A stretch of 64,000 nucleotides of DNA. It comes from Azolla caroliniana (Eukaryota; Plantae; Polypodiophyta). The stretch is from contig JBHGNT010000007.1 in NCBI GenBank assembly GCA_043228905.1, positions 4,092,001 to 4,156,000 of the forward strand, written 5' to 3'. Under the pieces are notes generated by a model. That model worked only from the letters and a program-made list of their open reading frames with translations, searched no databases and was not told the DNA's origin. Shown piece by piece: positions 1-13,600 of the stretch. The translations under genes and the position numbers were made by a program. Position 1 is the stretch's first letter. Every line of letters begins with the position of its first letter.

Positions 1-245
1 GATATTTGTAACAAACTGAATAAGACTTCCAAAAATGTAATTTATTCATAGGAGTGTAGTTTTCTAAAAATGTTGGATACATTATTTGGAAAGGGTTGGA
101 CACCATCATCATCCTCTAAGCTAAATTATTCTACACACACACTCTCTCTCAAGCCCTATTTAAGACCAATTCTTCATTGCACTACCCTTCATTTGCATAC
201 CATACCACTACCTCTCAACATTAGAAAGATATTGAGCTTAAACCC

Positions 246-296
<51 letters not shown>

Positions 297-340
297 CATA
301 AATTTATCTACATTCTCAAATTAGAAGGAACTTAGAAGCA

Positions 341-3300
341 ATGGAAGGCTCACACATACTCGAAATCAAAAGCATCAAGGACTTAGTCGACTCGGGCATT
401 CGCCATGTTCCTGCCATTTATATCCGTGCCCCACATGAACGACCATCGTGGTCAGTTGTTGATGACCACCTCCACGTGCCAATCATCTCCTTCTCAAATT
501 TCAACTCTCTAGAATCCCATATTGTTCAACAAATCCAACATGCATGCACTGAGTGGGGTGTCTTTCAGGTACGACACACAAGTCCATACTTTGGGAATGG
601 GTGTTAAGAAGGTTTCCCTAGGAAGAATGTGTGAAATTGCCTTAGAAGGACAAAAACCTAACTAGCATATGAGTTCTCTTCATGATCTCGTTGGAGTACA
701 TTGAGTTTATTTCACAATTCCATTGAATTTTTAAACTTGTTGGATTTGAATTTGTGAAACTATCAACACTTGATTTTGAACTATTTGTTTTCATGATCTC
801 ACTACATTTTAACGTCTAGAAATAGTTCTTCATATATCATATTTTCATTGAAGAGATTCTAGCATTGTTGTGTTGTGGTTTCATTGTATGAGATTATTAA
901 TTGGAAAAAAAATGACATTGTGCAAAAGTTTGTTTGATTTTGGCTTGATATTAAGAGCACATAAGTGAAGGTTGAATCCCCTAAAGAATCTATAAAACTC
1001 ATCTTGAAGACTTGGTATTGTGTTCATGTTGCAACTTCAAATAGTGATTAGTGGCATTTAATTTGGATATTGAGTATTATAGTGAAAAGTTAGTGATGGT
1101 TGTGGTTATACCTTCATCAATATATCGAGTCATTACTTATTTAATGTGTACTTTGGATTGCTTTGCTTCACCATATGTATTGTAATGAACCAAAAATATA
1201 TCATAAAACAAAATTTGAGAAGCACATACATATAGCCTTCAATAACAAAATTGATAATGTTCAACATGTCAAGTGAGCCAAGGCTTTAGTGATGACAAAG
1301 TAACCAATTGGTGTACATAATATATTATCAGAGAGAACATAACCCAAAGCGATTTAACAATATCATTAAGAAAAATGAAACCAAGGGTAGGACAAATAAT
1401 TGAAGTATTGTAATCATATATGTCTCATGGTACAATTGCTAGAAATTTGACTATTTGATCATTTGTTCTAATGGAAGTGAAGATCATAGTAGGTTACAAT
1501 GCTTAATATTCTTTTGATAGGAACCACTATTGATTACCACATAAACAAAAGTATTAGTTTGTGACAATTGTGGCACCATAGAATTGTTCTTTGTTTTGTT
1601 ATGATTGTCCTTTCACTACATAATGCAAAGTATTGGGTGCCAAAATACTTTTTCAAAAAAGTTGAACATTACTATAAATACTAATATGTAGTTTTCATGT
1701 TTTGAAGGTGATAAATCATGGTGTACCAACTATCATGCACAAACAACTTTGGGCTGCAGCTTCACATTTTTTCGCATTGCCAACTAACGAAAAAATGCGT
1801 GTAGTCTCAAAAGACCCTTCATCTCCACTCAATTTTTTTACTGGATTCCCCAATGAAAAAGTTCGAGAGTGGAAGGATACTCTAGGTTTCAAACCTAGTA
1901 CAACCTCTAATATGACGCTCATTCCAAGCTTCTTAAGGTAAATTTAATTTTAGGCCTTCAAGTGAATTTAGGAAACATATAAAGACCACTTCCCATCTCA
2001 TATCAAAACTATTCCCATTAAATCTGAAAATATCAATTCACTCAAAAATACTTGAACTGTAACAAGTAGTTCAATGATAATCTCATCATGATGAATCACC
2101 CTCTTCAAAGTAATAAATTTGAGAGGACCCTAGTTCTATCCTCATTGTTATATGCTCGAATTCAAGCATTGTATCAAAGTGTGGTACTCAAACTCTTGAA
2201 CTTATTTAGGGCAAAGTATGCATGGTTGACCACTCTCATTACTCGTGGCCCAAAATCCCGTTTCACATTGTAATGCAAGTGAACTAAGTCGCATGGAAGC
2301 AATCGTTCAAGTGGTAGGCAATGGTATAGGCTCTAACATGTATCAATGTGTACGGTTTCCCCGCTCCATGGAGAGAGAGAGAGAGAGATCATGGTGAATG
2401 AAGTTTTGATCAATCACGATAAAATTATCACAAATAGTAGACATTTTTATTTCATGATGAAGGAATTTGGCCAATCATGATAAGATCGTCCCAAGGAGTA
2501 GTGAAGAGAAAAAAAAAATTGTTTTTCTTGGAATTTAGAACTTTCATTTCCTTCAAGTTTGAACTTTGGACCGTTTAACTATCCTATTAGTTCTACTATA
2601 AATGAACATACCATTTTATTCAACTAGTGATTGTCCTAATTGTAGAGCTCAAATACTTGCTTCTTTCTCAACTTTGATTTGACAATCTTCTTTGTTGAGC
2701 CTTTTCTACTTCAACTAAACATCCTCACTCTCTTCCAGGGATCCTTTACTAAACTTTCATAATCAAGTGGGAAGCTTTGCATATACAATTGGGGAAGGAA
2801 TTGCTTCAAGTTTGGGATTAGCAAGGCAGCTTTTCCATACTCAGTTTTGCCGTCAAACAATGGCAATAAACTATTATCCACCTTGCCCACAACCTGAGCT
2901 TGCGTTAGGGCTGAGCTCTCATTCAGATTTTGGCTCACTCACAATCTTAATGCAAGATGTGGTAGGATTGCAAGTTAAAAAAGGAGATCAATGGATTAAT
3001 GTGAAGCCTATTCCAAATGCTTTTGTTATACTCATTGGAGACCAAATCGAGGTACATTCAAAACCTTGGTATGCAAAAGAACATACATGATTAATGTTGA
3101 AATCTATCGAGTACAAAGATGAAGGCATACATTTCAGTAGCCCTACATCTAAACAACATTCAAATGTATAAGTACAAATGTCATGAATGCAGAAGTAAGC
3201 ATACCACAAGATGGAAACTAAGCATTTTTTAAATCTAGACTCTAATCCAATTATAGGGGTAATATCAAAGGAAAAGACATTGTGATTCCCCTACATCCTT

Positions 3301-3966
3301 TTAAATTTACCAAAATAGCCCCAAGCTTTTAAAAAACACCAAATATTCCTATCTTTAAATTAAGAGGAATAAAAGGCAATAAACCTGTCAAAACTCTTAG
3401 TTATACTGATTTTACATCATTCTACCAAGGATCTTCTTGAGTAGGCTCTAATTCCACAAATTAAGCTCACAATTGAGGAATTACCACAACAAATATTACA
3501 GTCTAATTAGAAAAACTACTCTGGTTTCAAACATTAAGATTAATAGGAGTTGAATACAAATGGTATAAATGAATTTTACATGTATCAAGTCACTTCAGAT
3601 TTTCCCACACATAAAAACGTGTGCTCTAATTTCAATGTACCTGCTAGCATCCAAACAAGTATCTGTGTGTATGCAATTATGACATCTTGTTGTTTTAATT
3701 ATTAGATTCTAACCAATGGACGCTATAGAAGCGTGGAGCACAGGGCTTTGACAAATAACAAGACACCAAGAATGTCAGTTGCATGTTTCTATGGTCCTGA
3801 TGAGAATGATACGGTCGCACCAATCGATAAGTTCATAAGCGATAAAAAGCCATATATTTATAAGGCAACGAGATTCAGTGACTACCTCAAGAAGGGATTT
3901 GGTCGTGAACTAAATGGCAAGTCCAACCTAGAACTTTGCAGGAAACACCCTTTGAACTTAAGGTGA
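341..3966 (+). CDS. 2-oxoglutarate/Fe(II)-dependent dioxygenase (DOXC class; DMR6/FNS/F3H-like superfamily), 4 exons: 341-568, 1708-1937, 2739-3051, 3706-3966
   Basis: GT-AG junctions keep the frame. Motifs: ACTEWGVFQ|VINHG (DIOX_N), [12 protein letters not shown] (HxD), VEHR (distal His), RMS (RxS 2-OG binding). Confidence 0.93.
2165..2365 (-). mobile_element. Fragment of RTE-like LINE 3' region in intron 2 of the dioxygenase
   Basis: Aligns by eye to 57847-58041 and 34810-34970 (gcattgtatcaaagtg...gggcaaagtatgcat...accactctcattact...tgtacggtttc). Confidence 0.7.
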
Positions 3967-5691
3967 AACCATTCGGTATTCGATCTAGAATTCAACATTG
4001 TTGCAATCATGCTCAAAACCCAATGACATTGACGAATGAAGAGTTTTGATAATAGACCCGTTGGTTTTAATGTGAGCTCGTAACTTTACGTTACAAAGCA
4101 CAAGTTTTAATAATGCAACACATGTATATATTTAACATTTGAATTTCAATAAGCTGACCTTGAGAATCCATTAGCAATCATTTGCAAGGATATATAAGTC
4201 CCCTATAATGTACAGATAAGCAATCATTTGTGAGGATATCTAAGTGCCATATAATGTATACAATGCTTTTATGCTGGGTTTCAACAAGCAATATCTTATT
4301 TTTTTCAATTAAGCACATGTATGACCATGTTTGCATGCCTATTGTGTTATTATTGCCTCTTAGACAGCCAAACTTAACTTTTTTATGTGTTGTGGACAAA
4401 AAACAAATGATGTAAAGCCAGTTTTTAGGCGCAAGCTATGTGTGCAAGAACACAAACTAAAATTATGTTTGGCCTTTATGATGAACACTAAGCTCAACCA
4501 AAAATTCATGTCACATGTGAGTTAGTTTTTCACACTGCCCTAGAACAGGAAATGTGTTGTTTATATGTTAATGGTTTCCTATATTAAAGATCCTCACAAA
4601 GGATGGACATGCACATGGTTGATATTTTCATCCATGCAGTATGAATACAATTATATTAAATTCAAATATAACTATGACCTCATTAGCATCATATGTACTT
4701 TTTTTACTTCATGTTAATAGTTTAATCATTTCAACCTCCATATATATATAATGTTTTTTCACCATGAAAGGATTATATTTCTTTATCATTTCAAGTTGAT
4801 GCTAATTTTCTCGACCTGGTTTATTCTAACAATTATGGATTGTTTTCTATTAACAGAATAAATATGTGAATCTGGTCATCAAAAGTTCAGGGTACAAAAC
4901 CTCCAAGTTTGTGATCTCAGGCTATGATCCACTCTTTATGGGTACTAGGTGGACTCTATCGCAATATGTCATAAGTTCAAATCTACCCTGCGCCTCATTT
5001 CATGAGAAAACATAGTATAAACCCCATATGTAGATCAGACATGAAAGGTGGGAAAACACACAAGCTGTTACTCATAATAGAATGAAGAAAAAAGTAGCTA
5101 ATATATACAAGAGTACCTATAAGCTTAAAGCTAATATGTTATAGATATAAGTTGAATATAACTATGCATGGGTGAATGTCCATGTGGTGAACTAGTAGTG
5201 GTGCACAGACATTGGAGGCATGGAAAATATATCATTAAAAGAGTTAGGACTAAGAAGTAAAGAGATCCCATAAAAAGAGAGTATCAAAGATGCAAAATTT
5301 GCAAAAATATGGAAAGAAACTGAATGAATGGACAAAATAGATAATAGTTCTACCCACCAGACAATTGAAGATAGAACTATGTATGAGCAAATAATTACAT
5401 GATTCTGATGATGCGCAAAAAATATATATTTTGAGGAAAAACTAAAGAGTTATTGTAAATAAAACAGCATGTATCCATTGTTGCATTCAAATTCATTGTA
5501 TAATGTCTATGTAAAGAGGATCAACTTGCCAGACTTCCAGTATACAAAATCATGACCAAGGCCAGAGAACATTGTCCCTTTCCCTTGGGTGAACTCTTTG
5601 ATTGGCATAAAACTTGATTGACCCTCTTCAAGTGTATAGAATCACTACAGAGCAAGGGGTTGTGCTTCTATTACCTGAGATTGCCAAGTAC

Positions 5692-5788
5692 TAACAATCG
5701 GCAATGGTTCAGTTCAGTTTGAGAGTGTCCAAACCGGACTGGTTTGAAACCGAACCGTTTAAAAATTTTGAACCATTGCTGATTGTTA
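5692..5788. mobile_element. 97-bp inverted-repeat element (hAT-type mini-MITE)
   Basis: 20-bp terminal inverted repeats taacaatcggcaatggttca / tgaaccattgctgattgtta (1 mismatch). Flanked by ccaagtac / cctagtac. Internal aaaccg motifs. Confidence 0.6.
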
Positions 5789-5796
5789 CCTAGTAC

Positions 5797-6458
5797 TAGC
5801 AATGGGCCCGGTTTCGGCTCAAACCGAACCGAACCGATAAACCATGGCTTAACGGTTTATAGGTTCGAAGATAAATAGTTTGGTTTGGTTTCAAATGTTA
5901 CTAATCGGTTTTGGTTCGGTTTTGAATTTACTGGTTTAGCGGTTTATCGGCTTATCGGTTTCTGTTTATGTGGTTTGGTTTAAAGGTTTAAAGGTTTATA
6001 GGTTTATAGGTTAAAAAATACTCATAAATTTTCCCTATAGGCTCTAACTTTCAACTTTTAATTTTAAACTCTAGATTTAACTTATTAAATTTTATATGCA
6101 TTATATGTAGAGTCTCCTTTTTATTTATGATGATCAAATATGATAAGTATGATGATCAAATTTATGATAAGTATGATGATCAAATCTATGATCAGTATGA
6201 TGACAAAATTTATGATAAGTATGATGAATAAATTTATGATGATTTTCTCACACAAATTTATAATAAGTATGATGATTAATATCAATAAAAAATGGTTTGG
6301 TTTTACATTTTTCGTAAATGGTTTGGTTTAAAAGTTCAGCTATAAACGGTTCAGTTTAAATGGCTTCAAAAAATTTTAACAGTTTGGTTCGGTTTTTATT
6401 ATTAATAAATGGTTTGGTTTGGTTTCAAGGCCAAGAAACCGAACCGGGCCCATTGCTA
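5797..6458. mobile_element. Non-autonomous hAT-family DNA transposon (MITE-like)
   Basis: Perfect 17-bp TIRs tagcaatgggcccggtt / aaccgggcccattgcta. Exact 8-bp TSD cctagtac (5789-5796, 6459-6466). Many subterminal aaccg/cggtt motifs and an internal ~24-bp tandem repeat (about 6125-6280). Confidence 0.92.
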
Positions 6459-6756
6459 CCTAGTACATCCCGCCTCTGTTGGGCACACACCCAAGAGGCT
6501 TTTATAGATCTGATAGAGCTATTGTCCCTTGTGAAGTTAACTGGGTAGGTAATATTATGGGGAAGAATGCTCACCGGTGGATCAGATCCTCATAAATCAT
6601 GGACATTTCATTCTTATTTTATTTTATCATGATACAAGTGATTTACTCAATGTTGCAGTATATTTTGCCTTGTAGGCTGACTTCGACCTTTTGTGAACAG
6701 TAATAAAGCTTTCTTTTTTTGCATTTCTTCTTTTCTTTTTCTTTCAAACACACACA

Positions 6757-6814
<58 letters not shown>

Positions 6815-7468
6815 GTATCCATGCAAAAATAGGGCTTACATTAACGGTGTAAATTTACATAAACTCTAGCATAACTGTGAAGGACAAGCCATAGTGGACT
6901 GTAGAAAAGTAGAGCAAACTAGCACCCAAAACGTGCAACTCGAAAATTGTGAAGGGCGAAGCCTTAAAACGCTTCTAAAAGAAGGAGCTCAGTTGAGAGG
7001 AATTGGAAACTGGCTGAGATGAGAGCCACATCGCCAAGCTTCATCGTCAAAACCAGATCAGTTAAGGGAGTAATGCAGCCAAACACACAACAAGAAAGTA
7101 TATTCCCAGATGATGTGGAAGAAGCATTGTCCTGAATATTCAGCTCAGAACTAAGAATCATTGCAAAAGGAAGAAAGGGAAACAAATCAAAGTTCATCTA
7201 TACGCAAGGCAAAACTTAGCCAGCATCAAACTTAAAGATGTGCTCATCACCTTCTGAAAAAATGTAAGCAAGGACATGAACAACATCACAGATAGCTATG
7301 CAATTAGAGGGGTTCACCGAATTATCCCTAAGAAGTCCTTTAGTTAGGACTCTGAAGCTGGTTACGGATGCGGTACATAACAGACTTTGATTTGTCGAAC
7401 TCAAAGAGATTAGGCATCAGGGCTTTGGAGTTTAGAGATATTCATACCTAGCTATACACGGTAGAAGA

Positions 7469-9026
7469 TTATATGGGTTGAACACCTTCTTCAGGTTCCT
7501 TCACTCGAACAGCTTCAATTATTTCATGGTCCTTGATATCCATGGGCTTCACCTATATCCTTTTGGAGTTAAGTATAGATTCTTGGAGAACTTTTAATCA
7601 ATTAATCATGGATATAAGTTAGTTGGAGACAAAGATTGTGGCTTTGTACATGTTTTATATTATTGCTAGCTCGGTTATATAATTAAGAGAGTGCAATTCC
7701 AACATCGAATCTATCCTTAACAAACACATTCCTTATTCTCTTTCCCTGAAAGGTTATTTTCTCCAGAGAAGGTTATGTTATAACCATGTTTGCTTGTTAA
7801 AAAATAAAAAGACTTTAGTTTTCTAAGATGAGGGCTTCCAATTTTAGGGTTTAGGGCTCTTGTTTTCAATGTTTAGCTTTTCATGTTTAAAAGTTTAGGT
7901 TTAAATTTTGGGGTTTAACGGTTAAGTTTCTGGTTTGAAGTTTTCGTTTTCCATACCTGGTCTTGCGTCCTAGTTTCGTTCTCCAAGTGAGAATTATGTT
8001 GAATAACATCTTGATATTCCTCTGCTACAACTTCTACTTCTACAGATTCCATAGCCATTTTGGATTTGGTCGCCCTTCTGACATTCTTTGCCATTTTCTT
8101 TTGCTGTCTCTTCTCTGCAGGAAACCCATGGAATCACAAAACGCAATCTTTGAAAGAAAAACAAAAAACACTCTAATCTCAACAAAAAGATAAGCTATTT
8201 ATATCAAATCTGAGCTCAAATTTTTTATTAAGAGTGAGCAGAATCTTTATTAAATCATATCAAATCTCTGCGAGAAAAACAATATTTACTCTCTTGGCGG
8301 CGAGCCTCGGACTTGGCAAAGAACTCCATCCATTCATCAGTCAACACATACTCATAATCTCCTCCTTCTTCTTCTAGTGGTTCTTCTGCTCTTTCATCAT
8401 CATCATCATCTTCTTCTTCTTCTTCACCGTGCCCATTATGGTAAACTTGGTCTCTGAGCACCACGATGGATAGGACAACATGAGCCAAAAAGAAAGAAAT
8501 AAAAGACGGTGAAGAAAGTAGGTATCAATAAAGCTCTGGAACCACATTACCCGTTATTTTCGAATGGAGTATTGATGGACAAAGGCTGCCGTTGTTGGTG
8601 GGGGGCAGCATGGAAGGAGAAATGTTGATTCGCTGAATCGTTAGGGTAGGGGTTAGGGTTAGGGTTAGGGTTAGGGTTATTCCATAAGCCACAGCGGCGA
8701 CACAGGAAAGGAGGAGGAGGAGGAGGATGTGGATGTGGATGTGGATTATGAGGAGGAGGAGGAGGAGGAGGAGGAGGAGGAGGATGTGGATATGGATATG
8801 GATTATGATGATGATTATGAAGAGAAGGAGGATGTGGATATGGATATGGATTATGATGATGATTATGAAGAGGAGGAGGATGTGGATATGGATATGGATT
8901 ATGATGATGATGATGATGATGAGGAGGAGGAGGAGGAGGAGGAGGAGGATGTGGATATGGATATGGATATGGATATGGATTATGATGATGATGAGGAGGA
9001 GGAGGAGGAGGAGCCTCAGCTGCCAT
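7469..9026 (-). CDS. Uncharacterised protein with N-terminal Pro/His/Tyr repeats, CxxC, acidic tract and LTDEWMEFFAKSEARR motif; 4 exons: 9026-8551, 8453-8290, 8114-7957, 7552-7469
   Basis: All three introns are GT-AG with matching phases (2, 1, 0), giving one open frame MAAEAPPP...EEGVQPI*. The last exon is the least certain. Confidence 0.75.
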
Positions 9027-9364
9027 GGAAACTACAGAGCAGAGCACAGAGGAGCAGAGCACAGAGAGACAGAGACAGACAAATGTTTAGAATAGAGAGG
9101 GCCTATGTATGTATGTATGTATGTATGTATGTATGTATGTATGTAGTGTAATTATTTGTGACTTCCTCTTCTTGGTGGGATTCCTGTCCTGGTTCACATG
9201 AAAATGAATGAATGGCCTATCCTATGTAAGAAGGATATGTAATTTACCAATGCCATATCTACTACTCTCTATTTGGGGTCAGGGACGGCCACGCGGCGGC
9301 CTGTTTCCGGGGTCTTCATTGGTCACACAGACATGTCCATTGGAAGCACACATTTTGTGGTCAA

Positions 9365-9404
<40 letters not shown>

Positions 9405-9716
9405 AGTAGTCAGATTACTCGACCCCCCTTTGTCGATTGCCTAATTGAAGCATATATGATGACATGATGATGATGATGGCGATGGCGATGGCGATGACGG
9501 GACAAGCTACTTTCATCGTGGTTCTTTTGGCTTCAATTCGTTGAGGCTTTGACGGCATATGTGACACAGCCATACGCACATTGCTTGCAGGAAAGAATGT
9601 TTGCTTACGATGACATCTTGTTTTGTTTGAGACGATCGGCACAAAACATGCCTTGTAGTATGATGAAGCTGGACAAAACACGGTTATATAACTTGGTCAT
9701 GCTCTACAGATATTGT

Positions 9717-10082
9717 TGTAAAGAATCAGATGGATTCTGTGCAACGGAAGAACTGTGTGAGTGTGTGGAGAGAGAGAGAGAGAGGGAGAGAGAGAGAACT
9801 CAAGATTACAGAAAAACAAAAAACTGTATTACAAGGAAACAAGAATGACCAACAGTTACAAAGAGAAGGAGAAGATGTTTATGTACTCACATTCTCTCTA
9901 AGTTCTCTCACTAGTATCGCCTCTTGGGAAAGAGGTTGTGTCTTAACTACTTAAAGAATATGTGTCATAAAACATTAACATTTATGACACGCTAGTTACT
10001 ATACAAAGAGGTGGGGTGGTCACATACTTGAGTATCCTAGAGTGTGTTCTCACACACTAGAAGTTGAGTTTTATTCTCAACA
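9717..10082 (-). repeat. 3' LTR of Copia A
   Basis: TG...CA ends, homologous to 27181-27570, adjacent PPT. Confidence 0.9.
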
Positions 10083-10199
10083 CGCCCCTTCAAACACAAC
10101 TTCTAGTTGTCGGATGGTTGGTTTAGACTGGTCTTCGGATCGGCTTTGAGTCAACTCCGGCTTCGGCTTCGAATGGCTCACTCCTACTGCTCCTTATTC

Positions 10200-12793
10200 T
10201 CCCTCAAGCCCGACTGTTGACGGTCGAAAGACCCAGGTTCATTGTGAACTGCCGAAGCTTATCGACTCCTTGAGGCTTGGTGAAGATGTTGGTCGTCTAC
10301 AAGTTTGTCTTGATGTGTTGTAGGTCGACATCTTCGGCCAGAACATGTTCTCGGATGAAATGATAGTGCACTTTGATGTGCTTAGTCCAAGCATGGAAGA
10401 CTGGATTTCAAGCGAGGTGAATATTGCTCATGTTGTCGTAGTAGAGGAGAATCGGATCCTTGATGGGAATGCTTAGATCCTTCAATATTCTCTTGAGCCA
10501 AATGGCTTCACATGTGGCAACGATTGTGCCCCTGTATTCGGCTTTGGTGCTTGACAATGTCATTGTCAACTGATTTTTGGTACTCCATGAGATGGCTTCG
10601 CTGCCGATGGAGAAGACGAACCTTGAGGTTGATCGTTTATCGGCTTTGTAGTCGGCCTAGTCGGCATCTATGTACCCTTCTAGTCGTATCGATGTGGCCG
10701 ATTTGTAGAGGATGTCGAAAACCATGGTTCCACTCACATACCTTAGCATAAACTAACTAAGTAGGCCGACCGGGTAACTCAGGTTGAGTCGGGTAATTGT
10801 GAGGTAGATGAGACTTCTGACTAACTGACGATATACCGTTGGCTCACAATCTCTTGTGCCTAAGTCGGCATCTAGCTTTAGATTTTGATCAAGAGGGGTA
10901 GTGATGAGCTTACACTTTGTCATTCCAAACTTGTAGAGAAGATTGAGGATATAGTGCCTTTGAGAAAGCATGATGTCATTAGGAATCTGAATTACTTCTA
11001 TTCCTAAAAGGTAATGAAGCTCCTTCATATCTTTATTTTGAATCGGCTAGAGAGTATCATTTTGGTATGTTTGATGTCCTTGAGCTACTCTCCTCCAATG
11101 ACCAGATCATCCACATAAATTATGATCATTAGTTGTCCTCTAGAGTCATTTCGGATGAACAGAGAATTGTCAGACTTGGACATTCGAAAGTCGATTTGGT
11201 GAAGATATTGTGTTATCTTCAAATGCCATGCTCTCTGTGCCTGCTTGAGACCGTAGAGAGGCTTTTTGAGTCAATAGATAGCAGTTAGATGCATAGTTGA
11301 CCGGAATCCGGGCGGTTGTATCATGTGCACGTCCTCTTCTAGCTCGCCTTGGAGGAAGGCATTCTTCACGTCCATTTGGTGGAGGTGCCACCCTTTTGTT
11401 GTTGCAAGCACGATCACGATCACGGTTCGAATTGTAGTCATCTTTGCCACCGGGGCAAAAGTCTCTTCATAGTTGACACCGTACGTATGTGCATAGCCCT
11501 TCACCCCAAGTCGAGCCTTGTACCGATTGACAGTGTTGTTGGCGTTGTGCTTCACTTTGAAGATCCACCAACATCCAATTTCCTTTTCGTCATGTGAAGA
11601 AGGGACGAGATCCCATGTCTCATTCTTGGAGAGTGTTTGCATCTCCTCATTCATCGCTTTGACCCATTGAGGGTCTTTCGCGGCTTCAGAAAAAGGTTTC
11701 TAGTTCTCGAATTGTCGCCACCTTCATCATGAATGCATAATGATATGCCACGTAGTCATTGTAGCCGAATCGGCTGACTAGGTTCTTCTCTTGGGTGGAG
11801 CGACGTGGTGCTCTTGGTGTCCTCATGATGGGCACACATCCAATCCACCATACTCATTGTTGGTGAGTGAGTCGATTCATTTCCATCTAAGTCTTCGTAC
11901 TTAGGCATTTTGGCCTTACCTTTAATATTCGTCTTCGGACTTGGCCGCGATGTGCTTCGGTTGCTTGGAGGCTCTTGTGATCCAATTAACCTGGCTGATA
12001 TTGGACTTTCCTCTAATGTAGACCTCAGTCGATCATCCTCCTCCACATTTGTGTTGAACTCGGTTTCGACTGTGTCGGATGGGGCTGATTCGACTGTATA
12101 CCTGGATGTCGACTCGTTGAATAGGACATCCCTACTCACTCGTACCTTCTTGGTGGAAGGGTTGAAGCACTTATACCCATTTTGCTCGAGTGAGTACCCT
12201 ACGAATATACATTTCTCTAACTTGGGATCAAGCTTCTGCCGCGTCTTGTACATATGCTATTGAACCGAATATCTTGACGTGGGATAGATCCGGTTTCTTC
12301 CCATAGAACTATTCGCAAGGGGGTAACATTGTGCACTCCTGATGTTGTGCAACAATTCATAAGATAGACGACTGTATTTGCCGCTTCAACCCAATATGAT
12401 TTTGGTAGATGTTTCTCGTTCATCATTGCCCTTGCCACCTCAAGTATGTGCCGGTTCTTGCATTCGGCTACTCCATTTTGCTGAGGTGTGTGTCGGCAAG
12501 TAAACTCCCATTGGATTCCTTCTTGTCGAAGGTATGCGGTAAAGCGTCGGAGAAGTACTCTTTGCCGACGTCCGATCGAAGGCACCGTACATGTTGATTG
12601 GTTGCCTTCTCGACTTCATTCTTGAATTTCTTGAAGTGCGTGAACACTTCACTCTTCTGGCGCATGGGATAAATCCAGGTCTGTCTGGAGAAGTCATCAA
12701 TGAACATTACGTAGTATCGGCAACCACCGAATGTTGCCATTTGGAATGGTCCCTCTGAATGTATTCCAGGACCCCTGGCTTACGTTCAACTCC
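10200..12793 (-). pseudogene. Copia A pol remnant (integrase, RT, RNase H) with stops and frameshifts
   Basis: FIDDFSR, LRSDVGKEY, PQQNGVAE, KARLGVKGY, QMDVKNAFL, ELHYLLGIEV split over several frames. Confidence 0.92.
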
Positions 12794-13278
12794 TGTAAAG
12801 AATAGCATGCGGAAGCAAGTAGAAAACTGAACACAGAAACGCAGGTTTATGGAGAGCTTGAATATACATAGTACACAGGAGAGACAAAGAGAGCACAAAA
12901 AACTCAATTCAAAAATCTTACTCAATCTGTACATACACCATGCTCAGTGAGCACCTTTTATACAAGCCTTGACAATAGGGTTGACACAAGTATTAACAGT
13001 ACTTGACCACTCATAAATGAGCCTACTACACTAATTCCCAAAATTATTCCTTATGAGGAATATCTTCCCAACGGCCTCGCAGTTTACGCACTGATACGGC
13101 CATGTTATGCATACCGATTTACGCACCCAATTTACGCATTGGGTTACGCATTGTATTACGCACGAATGTTGAGCTTGTCTCTCAACACTCCCCCTCAAGC
13201 TCAACTTGAGGTTCCACCTGCTCCGCCGGATCTACGCTCCGGTTCCTTCTGGCTTCACGCCTCGCTCGCGCTCCTCAA
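12794..13278 (-). mobile_element. Truncated Copia-like element B: 3' LTR (12794-13187), PPT and ~90 bp of internal sequence
   Basis: tgtaaagaat...ctcaaca ends like those of family A but a different body. PPT cttgagggggag abuts the LTR. It interrupts the integrase N-terminus of A. Confidence 0.8.
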
Positions 13279-13600
13279 TGTCGAATACAAATGTATAATG
13301 GACGTATTCACACTATCCTCTTAGAGACCCCAAGTTCGGGCTATTTTTGTAAATAACATAAAGGGCAGTTGCCCTAAGTGAGTCACTATATAAAGTGACT
13401 TTGTAACCTTTTGTAGAGGATGGTTGTTCATTATTGTAACGGTTTCCCTTTTATGAATATAGATATATTCTTTGTGCCTCTCTCTCTCTCTCAATGTATG
13501 TATTTTGTTCTTCCATCTCTCATACGCAGGTAATTTCTTCCTCATAGATTCATACTGTGTGATCTCTTCCGCACTGACGGCCTTGTCCACTCCCTACATC

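Noticed and set aside
4230-4400. Possible Gypsy RNase H relic on the minus strand (WLSKRQ..HNRHA)
   Set aside because: Too short and decayed to support without a search.
8727-9151. + strand ORFs with poly-R/W/M or poly-E/D
   Set aside because: Shadow frames of the minus-strand Pro/His repeat exon, which has the splice-consistent model.
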